Shown: positions 55,742 through 63,829 of the stretch, piece after piece
Layout: the number at the start of each line of letters is the position of its first letter
How positions within the stretch are numbered: position 1 is the first letter of the stretch
NCBI GenBank assembly: GCA_051000215.1
Contig: JBPCON010000035.1
Location: 7,852-71,851 of the forward strand
DNA from: Acidimicrobiales bacterium
GTDB lineage: Bacteria > Actinomycetota > Acidimicrobiia > Acidimicrobiales > JACDCH01
Direction of reading: 5' to 3'
Length of the DNA stretch: 64,000 nucleotides
Notes under the pieces: model-generated
Told to the model about the DNA's origin: nothing
The model's input: the letters and a program-made list of their open reading frames with translations, nothing else
The model's database searches: none
Position numbers and translations under genes: made by a program

Positions 55742-58700
55742 ATGTCTATCCATGTCTCAGCGACTCGGATCCGCCTCGCGGTTGCCGGACCCGGGTTTGC
55801 CAGCGACGTCGTCCTCGACATGCGAGGGGGCAACCCCGACGTGGGCGAGCTGCTCGCCGTTGTGGCCCCCGACATCGAGGCGGTCGGTCTCGTCGTCGAC
55901 GGCGGGTTCGTGCCAGCGGCGCGAGCGTTGCGAGATGCCGGGCTGCACGACGGCGCGCTCGTCGAGGTGGCCACGGCGCGACGAGCGGCCCGCCCCTCGA
56001 GTGCCGCTGGGCGTTCGGGTGCGCTCGTCGTGGTGGAGGGCCTCGACGCTGGTCGCCGCATCGCGATCAGCCCGGGAACCCACATCGTCGGCCGCGGCGC
56101 AGCGCTCGACTTGAGGCACCCCAGCGTGTCGCGCGAGCACGCCGCTCTTGTCGTGGGCGCTTCCGGGTCGGTCGCGATCGGCGACCTGGGCTCGCGCAAC
56201 GGCACGTGGCGCGGCCGGCGCGCGATCGGGCGGCCACTCGAGCCGCTCGCCCCGGGCGAGCTCGTGCGGATCGGCGCGCTCGACATCGCGGTGCGTGCCG
56301 CGCGCGGCGATGACCGGCCGCTCCGAGTCGAGCGACCGCACGCCGCGACCACACCGTTCAATCGTCAACCTCGTCCCGCGCCGGATGTCGAGCTCGCCGC
56401 CATCGTGACGCTCCCCGCGCCGCCGAGGGCACCTTCCAACCACACCCCGTTCTCGGTCGCCGCCTTTGCCCTCCCGCTGCTGCTCGCTGTGCTGCTGGTG
56501 AAGCTCGCCGGCAACCCCACCTTCGCCCTGTTCGCGCTGCTCAGCCCGGTGATGATCGCCTCGACGGCGATCGAGCAGCGCCGGCGCGGGGCGCGCATGG
56601 GACGGCGGGCTGCTGCTGGCCGTCGCAGCGATCTCGTTGCTCTCGCATCTGCGCTCGAGGCGTCCATGAGCGCGGAGCGCGACAGGAGGTTGGGTGCGCT
56701 GCCGGACTTGGCGGAGGTCACCCGGTGGGCTTGCGCACCGAGTGTGCGGCTCTGGGAGCGACGCGGCGTGCACGGCGACTTCCTACGCGTGCGCGCTGGC
56801 ACCGGCGACGTGCCCTGGCTTCCCTCGCTCGATGGGCCGAGCAGCGCCCATGCCGAAGACGTCGAGTCGATCCTGGCGAGCCATCGTCGTCTCGTCGACG
56901 TCCCACTCGAGCTCGACCTGAGCGCTGGTGGCGCAGTCGGAGTTGTCGGCGACCGCGCTGCCGCGCTCGCGGTTGCACGCGGCATCGTTGTGCAAGCAGC
57001 GGTTCATCAGGGACCGGCTGATCTCGCGATCGCGGTCCTGACCGCTGACGAAGCCGATCGCGACTGGGAGTGGGCGAAGTGGCTGCCCCACACCCGAGCA
57101 GTGGGCGGTGTGGCGTTGCTGGCACGCGGGCGAACCGAGGCAGCTGCCATAGCCGAAGCGCTCGTGGCGGCGGGGAGCGCACCACTTCACCCGAACGCTC
57201 TGGTCGTCGTCGACGGAGAGCAGCTCCTCGAGGGGCGCCGCTCACCGGTGCGCGCGCTGCTGCAGGGACGCGCCGCCCTTTCAGGCATCGTGGTCGCGGC
57301 GTCGCTCGACCGCCTGCCAGCGGCGTGCACGGCGGTGATCGAGCTGCGAGGCCCTGATGGACTCGCGATGCTGCGGGGTGCACGCGGCGACCGCACGTCG
57401 ATGTTGGTTTCAGGCTGCGCGCTCGACGTCGCTCGCGATTGCGCGCGGCACCTCGCGCGGTTCGACGATCCCGAGCTCGAGGCCACAGGCGCGGGGCTCC
57501 CGAGCGACGTTTCGCTCCTCGAGCTCGTCTCGCCGCCCGATCAACCCCTCGCCCTCGCCATCATCGATTCTTGGGCCGGCGCCGGAATCGACGCCAGGCC
57601 TTGCGCGCTGCTCGGGGTCGGCCTCGACGGCGTGATCGGGGTCGACCTCGACCACGACGGCCCCCACGCGCTGATCGCAGGGACGACAGGCTCCGGGAAG
57701 AGCGAGCTCCTCCGCAGCCTCGTTGCTGGCCTCGCCGCCCGCCTCCCGCCGGAGCAGCTGAACTTCCTCCTCATCGACTTCAAAGGAGGCGCGGCGTTCG
57801 ACGCGTGCGCCCGGCTCCCTCACTGCGTCGGCCTCGTCACCGACCTCGACGAACACCTCGCCGAACGGGCGCTGCGTTGCTTGGAAGCCGAGCTTCGTCA
57901 TCGCGAGCTGCTGCTGAGATCGTGCGCGGCGGCCGACCTCGGTGCCTACCGGCGCGCCAACGGAGTCGGCGCACTGCCCCGCCTCGTCGTTGTCGTCGAT
58001 GAGTTCGCGACGCTGAAGGCTGAGGTGCCCGGGTTCATCGACGCTCTCGTGGGTGTCGCGCAACGGGGCCGGTCGCTCGGTGTGCATCTCGTGCTCGCGA
58101 CGCAACGCCCAGCAGGCGCGGTGAGCGACAACATCCGAGCCAACACCGGGCTACGCATCGCTCTGCGTGTGCACGACGCGGCCGACGCCACCGATGTGAT
58201 CGGCGACGCCGCGGCTGCAGCGATCCCGCGGGCTCGACCAGGGCGCGCCGTGGTGCGATTCGGACCGGGCGAGCTCGTCGCGATGCAGACGGCGCGGATC
58301 ACTGGCGTGCCGTTCGGCGCGACCGACGCGTCGATCGTCATCACGCCGTTCGCCTTCGGATCCGGCGACCGACGAGCATCGAGCGTGGAGGGCGATGGCG
58401 CGACCGACCTCGACGCCTTGGTCGGCGCGTGCTGCGACGCGTTCGAAGTCAGCGGAGCACCGCTGCCGCGGCGACCCTGGACGGAGCCGTTGCCAGTCGA
58501 GCTCGACCTCGACGACCCTGAGCTGGCAACGCCAACACCGGCCAGCGACGACATCGTGTTCGCCTTGGCCGATGACCCGGACAGCCAGCGGCGCCACCCG
58601 CACGCTTGGCGGTTGCGCGACGGCAACCTGCTCGTGTGGGGGATCGGCGGGAGCGGCACGAGCACGGTCCTCGCTTCCATCGCGCTCGCCGCGGCCGCGC

Positions 58701-59947
58701 GCACTTCTCCTGCGAGGTTGCACATGTACGTGATCAGCCACGGGGCCGGGGAGCTCGCGGTCCTCGGGGAGCTTGCGCACTGCGGTGGCGTCGTCGAAGC
58801 AGCGGATCGAGAGCGTGAGGTGCGGACGTTGCGAATGCTGCGCGCTGAGCTCGCAAGGCGGCGATCGTTGCGCGGCGAGCAGAGGGAGGAGCTGCCGAGG
58901 CTGCTGTTGTTGCTCGACGGCTACTCAGGGTTCGCAGCCGAGCGCGCCGACGCGGCGGGCATGGCCGTACTTGATGACCTGCTGCGGGTGTTCGCCGACG
59001 GGAACGAGGTCGGCATCCACGTCGCCATCACCGCAGATCGCGTCGGTGCCGTGCCTGTTGCGGTCAGCTCCCTCGCCCGCCAGCGCCTGCTGCTTCGCTT
59101 GGCCGATGCCCACGACTACGGCCTTGCCGGGGTGGCGGGGCGGGCCTTGCCGCGCTTTGCGCCGGGTCGGGGCATCGATGCCGAGAGCGGTCGAGTCGTT
59201 CAAGTCGCCCAGCCGCGAGGTGGGCTCGACGCCGCAGTGCGGGCGATCGCGGACCGTGCTCGGTCTGCGCCGCGGGCTCGCGGTGGGCCGTCGCCGATCG
59301 GAGTGCTCCCGAGCCTCGTCGGCCACCGCGACGTCATCGGGGCGGCGCGTGTTGGCTCGCGCCCATGGCTGCTGCCCATAGGAATCGGCGAACGGACCCT
59401 GCGCCCGGCCGGCTTCGAGCTGTACGAGGGCGAGCACGCGCTGGTCGCCGGGCCGCCCCGGTCGGGGCGCAGCAGCGCGCTCATGGCCGTCGCGAGAGCG
59501 TTCGCCAGCGCGGTGCCCGACGGTCGCATCGTCGCGATCGCCGGACCACGATCGCCGCTCGGCGCGTGGCCCGGCGCGCTGCGCACAACCGACGCAGCAC
59601 AGGCTGTCTCAGGGCTCGCGGCGCGCGCGGGCCCGACGCTGCTGCTCGTCGACGATGCCGAACTGGTCGAGGATCCGACGGGCGTGCTCGCAGCCCTGCT
59701 CACCCAGCAGCACGCCGACCTCGTGATCGTGGCCGCAGGTCGGGCTGAGACGCTGCGTACGGCGTACGGCCATTGGACCAGAGGGCTGCGCCGCTCGAAG
59801 CTCGGCGTGTTGCTGCAGCCGGACACCGACCTCGACGGTGAGCTCATCGGCCGCGTGTTGCCTCGTCGCTCGCCTGTCGTGCTCTCCGCTGGGCGCGGGT
59901 GGCTCAGCGGTGGCGGCGAGCTGGAGGTCGTGCAGCTCGCCACTTGA
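55742..59947 (+). CDS. EssC/EccC-like type VII secretion FtsK/SpoIIIE-family ATPase: ubiquitin-like N-domain + FHA + 2 TM + three P-loop domains
   Basis: FHA: HIVGRG..SVSREHA..LGSRNGT. TM: FSVAAFALPLLLAVLLV / FALFALLSPVMIA. D1: PHALIAGTTGSGKSELL with VVVVDEF. D2: GIGGSGTS. D3: GPPRSGRS. 1401 aa from ATG 55742. Confidence 0.88.
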   Translation: MSIHVSATRIRLAVAGPGFASDVVLDMRGGNPDVGELLAVVAPDIEAVGLVVDGGFVPAARALRDAGLHDGALVEVATARRAARPSSAAGRSGALVVVEGLDAGRRIAISPGTHIVGRGAALDLRHPSVSREHAALVVGASGSVAIGDLGSRNGTWRGRRAIGRPLEPLAPGELVRIGALDIAVRAARGDDRPLRVERPHAATTPFNRQPRPAPDVELAAIVTLPAPPRAPSNHTPFSVAAFALPLLLAVLLVKLAGNPTFALFALLSPVMIASTAIEQRRRGARMGRRAAAGRRSDLVALASALEASMSAERDRRLGALPDLAEVTRWACAPSVRLWERRGVHGDFLRVRAGTGDVPWLPSLDGPSSAHAEDVESILASHRRLVDVPLELDLSAGGAVGVVGDRAAALAVARGIVVQAAVHQGPADLAIAVLTADEADRDWEWAKWLPHTRAVGGVALLARGRTEAAAIAEALVAAGSAPLHPNALVVVDGEQLLEGRRSPVRALLQGRAALSGIVVAASLDRLPAACTAVIELRGPDGLAMLRGARGDRTSMLVSGCALDVARDCARHLARFDDPELEATGAGLPSDVSLLELVSPPDQPLALAIIDSWAGAGIDARPCALLGVGLDGVIGVDLDHDGPHALIAGTTGSGKSELLRSLVAGLAARLPPEQLNFLLIDFKGGAAFDACARLPHCVGLVTDLDEHLAERALRCLEAELRHRELLLRSCAAADLGAYRRANGVGALPRLVVVVDEFATLKAEVPGFIDALVGVAQRGRSLGVHLVLATQRPAGAVSDNIRANTGLRIALRVHDAADATDVIGDAAAAAIPRARPGRAVVRFGPGELVAMQTARITGVPFGATDASIVITPFAFGSGDRRASSVEGDGATDLDALVGACCDAFEVSGAPLPRRPWTEPLPVELDLDDPELATPTPASDDIVFALADDPDSQRRHPHAWRLRDGNLLVWGIGGSGTSTVLASIALAAAARTSPARLHMYVISHGAGELAVLGELAHCGGVVEAADREREVRTLRMLRAELARRRSLRGEQREELPRLLLLLDGYSGFAAERADAAGMAVLDDLLRVFADGNEVGIHVAITADRVGAVPVAVSSLARQRLLLRLADAHDYGLAGVAGRALPRFAPGRGIDAESGRVVQVAQPRGGLDAAVRAIADRARSAPRARGGPSPIGVLPSLVGHRDVIGAARVGSRPWLLPIGIGERTLRPAGFELYEGEHALVAGPPRSGRSSALMAVARAFASAVPDGRIVAIAGPRSPLGAWPGALRTTDAAQAVSGLAARAGPTLLLVDDAELVEDPTGVLAALLTQQHADLVIVAAGRAETLRTAYGHWTRGLRRSKLGVLLQPDTDLDGELIGRVLPRRSPVVLSAGRGWLSGGGELEVVQLAT

Positions 59948-60002
59948 CAACGGCCGGAGATGATCGAAACTGCATGAGACATCACCGAATCCAGGAGCAA
60001 CC

Positions 60003-60281
60003 ATGAGCGTACGCACCGTCGCCGACCCTCTCGCGAAGGACGCGGTCACCCACCTGCGATCCACCCTCGCCGGCGGGTTCCTCGAGACCATCCAGCAGGT
60101 GGTGCGCGACGGGGAGACGCTGAGCCGCCCCGATCTCTGGGACGGCCCGCGGGCCATCCAGTTCCGCCAGAGCTGGCCAGAGCTCCGAGGCGCGCTGCAA
60201 AACGCCCACTCCGACCTGACCGAGCTGGCCGGCTCGATCGACGCCATCACCACAGCGATCATGCACGCCGGTGGCGCGTGA
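60003..60281 (+). CDS. WXG100-family (Esx-like) small secreted protein
   Basis: AGGAG RBS 5 nt before the ATG. 92 aa with two predicted helices around a central W-D-G (PDLWDGPRA). Confidence 0.75.
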   Translation: MSVRTVADPLAKDAVTHLRSTLAGGFLETIQQVVRDGETLSRPDLWDGPRAIQFRQSWPELRGALQNAHSDLTELAGSIDAITTAIMHAGGA

Positions 60282-60565
60282 CCGTCGAGCGCCAGTTCGC
60301 AGCGCTCGCCGCGACGGAGGCGGCGTGCGCATGCCGATCGGCGGCGGGCGCGTTGCGCGCGGACGCCGCGGATCGAGCCGTCGTGGCGGCACCCGCCCTC
60401 GGCTCGTGGCAGGGCCCTCACCGTGCGACGTTCGACGATGCGGTCGATTTGCTCGCGAGAGCCTCAGGCAGGCTGGAGCGCGCTGGGCTGGCGCTGGCAG
60501 CAGCGCTCGACGACGCCGCGGTGAGGGCCGCTGGCCCGGGCGCCGGGGTGACGAGCGGCTGGTGA
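60278..60565 (+). CDS. WXG100-like partner protein (divergent, Ala-rich)
   Basis: GTGA overlap with the upstream esx-like gene. 95 aa with a central W-Q-G (LGSWQGPHRA). Helical Ala/Leu/Arg composition. Confidence 0.55.
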   Translation: MTVERQFAALAATEAACACRSAAGALRADAADRAVVAAPALGSWQGPHRATFDDAVDLLARASGRLERAGLALAAALDDAAVRAAGPGAGVTSGW

Positions 60566-61593
60566 GAATCCCATCCACGGTGCCCGGCTACGTGCTCGGC
60601 GCGCCGCTCGGCCGTCGAGTCTGGTCGGCGAGACCAGCCGGCGGAGGCGACCCCCTTGCCATCAAGTTGCCGGGGCAAACCGCCGGCACAGCGCGTCGCG
60701 AGGCAGCGGCGCTCGCCGCTGTACGACACCCGAACCTGGTCAGGGTCCTCGACGTCGTCGACACTCCAGCGGGTCCTGCGCTGGTGTTCGCTCGGGCAGC
60801 GTGCACCTTGGCCGAACACGTTGCTCGATGCGGGACCCTGCCGCCGGGGGAGGTGGTCACCATCGGCTCCGCCGTCGCGGGTGCGCTCGCTGCGCTGCAT
60901 CGGCACGGGCTCGTGCACGGCGACGTCCACCCAGCCAACGTGCTCATCGCGCCGGACGGGACGCCGCTGCTCGCCGACCTCGAGCTCGCGGGTCCGCCAG
61001 CCGCGCCGGCAGCAATGACACCTGGGTTCGTCGCGCCCGAAGTGGCAGCCGGGGGCTGCGTGACCGCGAGCGCCGACCAGTGGGCACTTGCGGTCACGTG
61101 CAACGCTGCGCTCGACGAGGCAGTTCCCGAGCCGCTGCTCACCGCGCTCGAGGTCGCGATGGCGCCGTCGCCGACCGAGCGCTTCGCCGACGTCGAGGTC
61201 TTCGCTGCCGAGCTCCGTCGCGCGTGCACGCCGGCCCGACTCGCGCTGGCGGACAACTCGAGTCATCGGGCGCCGACCGGCCGAGGTGCTCGCGCGCTGA
61301 TGCGCAGCAGGTCGACCATCGCAGTCCCCACCACCCGGCGCTTCGGCCCGCGGCCCCCGCCGCGGACACGAGAGTCGCGTCGTCGAAGGCCGCTTTCGGG
61401 AGTCGCGCTGATCGCCGTAGCGGCTTCGGCAGGCGTCGGCGGTGTGCTGGTGCTACGAGCTCATGTTGGCGCCGCCCCGGAGCCGGCTGCGTGCGCGGCA
61501 CCAGCTCAGTTCGGCGACCGCTTCGACCCCGGCCGCGTGCCGATCATCGTGCGCACTGAGGGCGGATGCGACGCGGTAGCGACCCGGCGGTAG
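60562..61593 (+). CDS. membrane-anchored Hanks-type Ser/Thr protein kinase (divergent, non-RD)
   Basis: GTGA overlap. LAIK Lys, E in REAAALA, catalytic loop [11 protein letters not shown] in place of DFG, APE (FVAPE), DQWALA. C-terminal [21 protein letters not shown] plus a ~50-aa ectodomain. Confidence 0.75.
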   Translation: MRIPSTVPGYVLGAPLGRRVWSARPAGGGDPLAIKLPGQTAGTARREAAALAAVRHPNLVRVLDVVDTPAGPALVFARAACTLAEHVARCGTLPPGEVVTIGSAVAGALAALHRHGLVHGDVHPANVLIAPDGTPLLADLELAGPPAAPAAMTPGFVAPEVAAGGCVTASADQWALAVTCNAALDEAVPEPLLTALEVAMAPSPTERFADVEVFAAELRRACTPARLALADNSSHRAPTGRGARALMRSRSTIAVPTTRRFGPRPPPRTRESRRRRPLSGVALIAVAASAGVGGVLVLRAHVGAAPEPAACAAPAQFGDRFDPGRVPIIVRTEGGCDAVATRR

Positions 61594-61604
61594 GGTCGCC
61601 GGTG

Positions 61605-62228
61605 ATGGCGGATCAGTCGACGTTCGCTGCGCAAGCGATGCCCTTCATGGACTCGCTCTTCGCTGCTGCGATGCGCATGACACGCAATCGAGCCGACGCA
61701 GAGGACCTCGTGCAGGAGACGTTCCTCAAGGCGTACCGCGGCTTCGGCGGGTTCGAGGAGGGCACGAACCTCAAAGCCTGGCTCTACCGCATCCTCACCA
61801 ACACCTACATCAACACCTACCGCGCCAAGAAGCGCCGTCCCGAGGAGTCCGACCTCGACGACGTCGAGGACCTCTACCTGTACCGCAAGCTGTCATCGGG
61901 CGATGCAGCGGCGTTGGGACGTAGCGCCGAGGACGAGCTCTTCGAGCGCTTCACCGACGATGAGGTGAAGGGCGCGGTCGAGGCGCTCCCCGAGCAGTTC
62001 CGCATGGCCGTGCTGCTCGCCGACATCGAGGGTTTCTCGTACAAGGAGATCGCCGAGATCCTCGACATCCCGATCGGCACGGTGATGTCGAGGTTGCACC
62101 GGGGAAGAAAGGGCCTGCAGAAGCGGTTGTGGGAGTTCGCCACCCGGGAGGGCCTGATCACCGGGGACGCCACCGATGAGGCCGAACACGACGAGGTCCC
62201 CGCTGCAGCCGATGCAACGGGGACGTGA
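61605..62228 (+). CDS. sigH: ECF sigma factor, SigH/SigR type
   Basis: Region 2 [17 protein letters not shown]...[12 protein letters not shown]. Region 4 [26 protein letters not shown]. Followed by a ZAS anti-sigma gene. Confidence 0.88.
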   Translation: MADQSTFAAQAMPFMDSLFAAAMRMTRNRADAEDLVQETFLKAYRGFGGFEEGTNLKAWLYRILTNTYINTYRAKKRRPEESDLDDVEDLYLYRKLSSGDAAALGRSAEDELFERFTDDEVKGAVEALPEQFRMAVLLADIEGFSYKEIAEILDIPIGTVMSRLHRGRKGLQKRLWEFATREGLITGDATDEAEHDEVPAAADATGT

Positions 62229-62242
62229 GGGCGACAAGACAA

Positions 62243-62521
62243 ATGGCAGGACACGAGTGCGACGACGCGCTGCACACGATGTACCACTTCCTCGACGGGG
62301 AGCTGACCGAGGATCGACGTGCCCAGATCCAGGCGCACATCGAGGCGTGCCCGCCGTGCTTCGAGGGCTTCGACTTCGAGGCCGAGCTACGCCAGGTGAT
62401 CGCCAAGCGGTGCTACGAGGAGGTGCCGGAGGCGCTCCGCACCCGTATCGCCAGCGCGATCGACCACGAGCGGTTGCATCCGAGCGACGCGCCGAGCGAC
62501 TCTTCGAGACCCGACTCGTAG
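62243..62521 (+). CDS. rsrA: zinc-associated anti-sigma factor, RsrA/RshA type (mycothiol-system anti-SigR-like)
   Basis: N-terminal C (GHECDD) plus the H-x3-C-x2-C motif (HIEACPPC). Confidence 0.85.
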   Translation: MAGHECDDALHTMYHFLDGELTEDRRAQIQAHIEACPPCFEGFDFEAELRQVIAKRCYEEVPEALRTRIASAIDHERLHPSDAPSDSSRPDS

Positions 62522-62551
62522 CGGTTCCACCCGTCACCCTACGATCGTCTC

Positions 62552-62689
62552 ATGGTGCTCTCCGCCGTCGTCTGGCACTGGTGGCTCGGTGTGTTCTTGT
62601 TCCTGGCATCGCTCGGGATCCTCGTCGCGACCCTTGTTGGCTATCTCGTCAAGGTGCAGGCGCCGAAGTACCCCAAGAAGCGCTCGTGA
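62552..62689 (+). CDS. small hydrophobic protein (45 aa), possibly leaderless
   Basis: Hand translation: MVLSAVVWHWWLGVFLFLASLGILVATLVGYLVKVQAPKYPKKRS. A TACGAT -10-like hexamer ends 6 nt before the ATG. Confidence 0.45.
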   Translation: MVLSAVVWHWWLGVFLFLASLGILVATLVGYLVKVQAPKYPKKRS

Positions 62690-62741
62690 ATCGGCGTCGC
62701 CGTCAGAGCGCGCCTTCGATGTCGGACCGCTAGGCGAACCC

Positions 62742-63812
62742 GTGCCCGAACCGATCGACTGGGACGTCGCACGTCGCATCGCGGTGCGGGTCGGCGGCCG
62801 CGACCCGTTCGCATCGTCGTACCACTACGAGTCGCTCGGCCCCGATTTCGACGAGCTGACAGCTGAGGCTGAGGAGCTCGTCGCCACAGCCACCGGTTTG
62901 CGCTCGCTGGCCGGGCCGGCCCGCGCCCGGGTCACCGATCGAGCCGGTTGGGTCTCGGCCAACATCGCATCGTTCTCGCGGTTGCTGCGCCCCGTCACCG
63001 ACAAGCTCGGTGAGCGCATGACCGGCCCAACAGCCTTCGTCGCATCCAAGGCCACCGGCGCAGAAGTCGGAGCGCTCCTCGGGTGGATGAGCACGAGGGT
63101 GCTCGGCCAGTACGACCTGTTGATCATCGAGGACGAAGACCCTGAGGATCAGGACGTCGTCTACTACGTGGGGCCCAACGTGCTCGCGCTCGAGAAGCGC
63201 TTCGCGTTCCCGCCGCGCCAGTTCCGCTTGTGGCTGGCGCTGCACGAGGTGACCCACCGGGCGCAGTTCACCGGTGTGCCGTGGATGCGGGCCCACTTCC
63301 TCGGGCTGGTCGAGCAGAGCATGTCGATGGTTGATCCCGACCCGAAGCGCTTCCTCGAAGCGCTTCGAAGGATCCTCGACGGCATCCGTGAAGGTCGCAG
63401 CCCGCTCGAAGACGGCGGACTTCCCGCGCTCTTCGCCAGCCCGGAGCAGGCGGTCGTGCTCCAGCAGGTCGGCGGGCTGATGAGCCTCCTCGAAGGGCAT
63501 GGCGACGTCACGATGGACCGAGCAGGCGCGGGGCTGATCCCGTCGTCAGACCGCTTCAGCCGCGTGCTGCGCCAGCGCCGCCAGACAGCGAGACCGCTCG
63601 CCAAGGTGGTGCAGCGACTCATCGGGCTCGAGGCGAAGATGAACCAGTACGAGCAGGGCGAACGGTTCATAGCGGCCGTCGAAGCGGTCGGCGGCCCCGA
63701 ACTCCTCAACATGGCGTTCGTCGCCCCCGACCTGTTGCCGACGCTCGCAGAGATCAGGTCGCCCGCAGAGTGGGTTGCGCGAGTGCAGGTGCCGACTTCG
63801 ACGGTCGCCTAG
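62742..63812 (+). CDS. zincin-like metalloprotease (DUF2342 family)
   Basis: IDWDVARRIA N-terminus and the HExxH motif LALHEVTHRAQF. The start GTG 62742 is uncertain. Confidence 0.75.
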   Translation: MPEPIDWDVARRIAVRVGGRDPFASSYHYESLGPDFDELTAEAEELVATATGLRSLAGPARARVTDRAGWVSANIASFSRLLRPVTDKLGERMTGPTAFVASKATGAEVGALLGWMSTRVLGQYDLLIIEDEDPEDQDVVYYVGPNVLALEKRFAFPPRQFRLWLALHEVTHRAQFTGVPWMRAHFLGLVEQSMSMVDPDPKRFLEALRRILDGIREGRSPLEDGGLPALFASPEQAVVLQQVGGLMSLLEGHGDVTMDRAGAGLIPSSDRFSRVLRQRRQTARPLAKVVQRLIGLEAKMNQYEQGERFIAAVEAVGGPELLNMAFVAPDLLPTLAEIRSPAEWVARVQVPTSTVA

Positions 63813-63829
63813 TGGTCGTTTCGGAAGCG

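Noticed and set aside
55752-56114. The second ATG, inside the duplicated CCATGTCT motif, as an alternative ATPase start.
   Set aside because: It is out of frame with the FHA/FtsK reading frame. It opens a Ser/Arg/Pro-rich frame that terminates at 56114.
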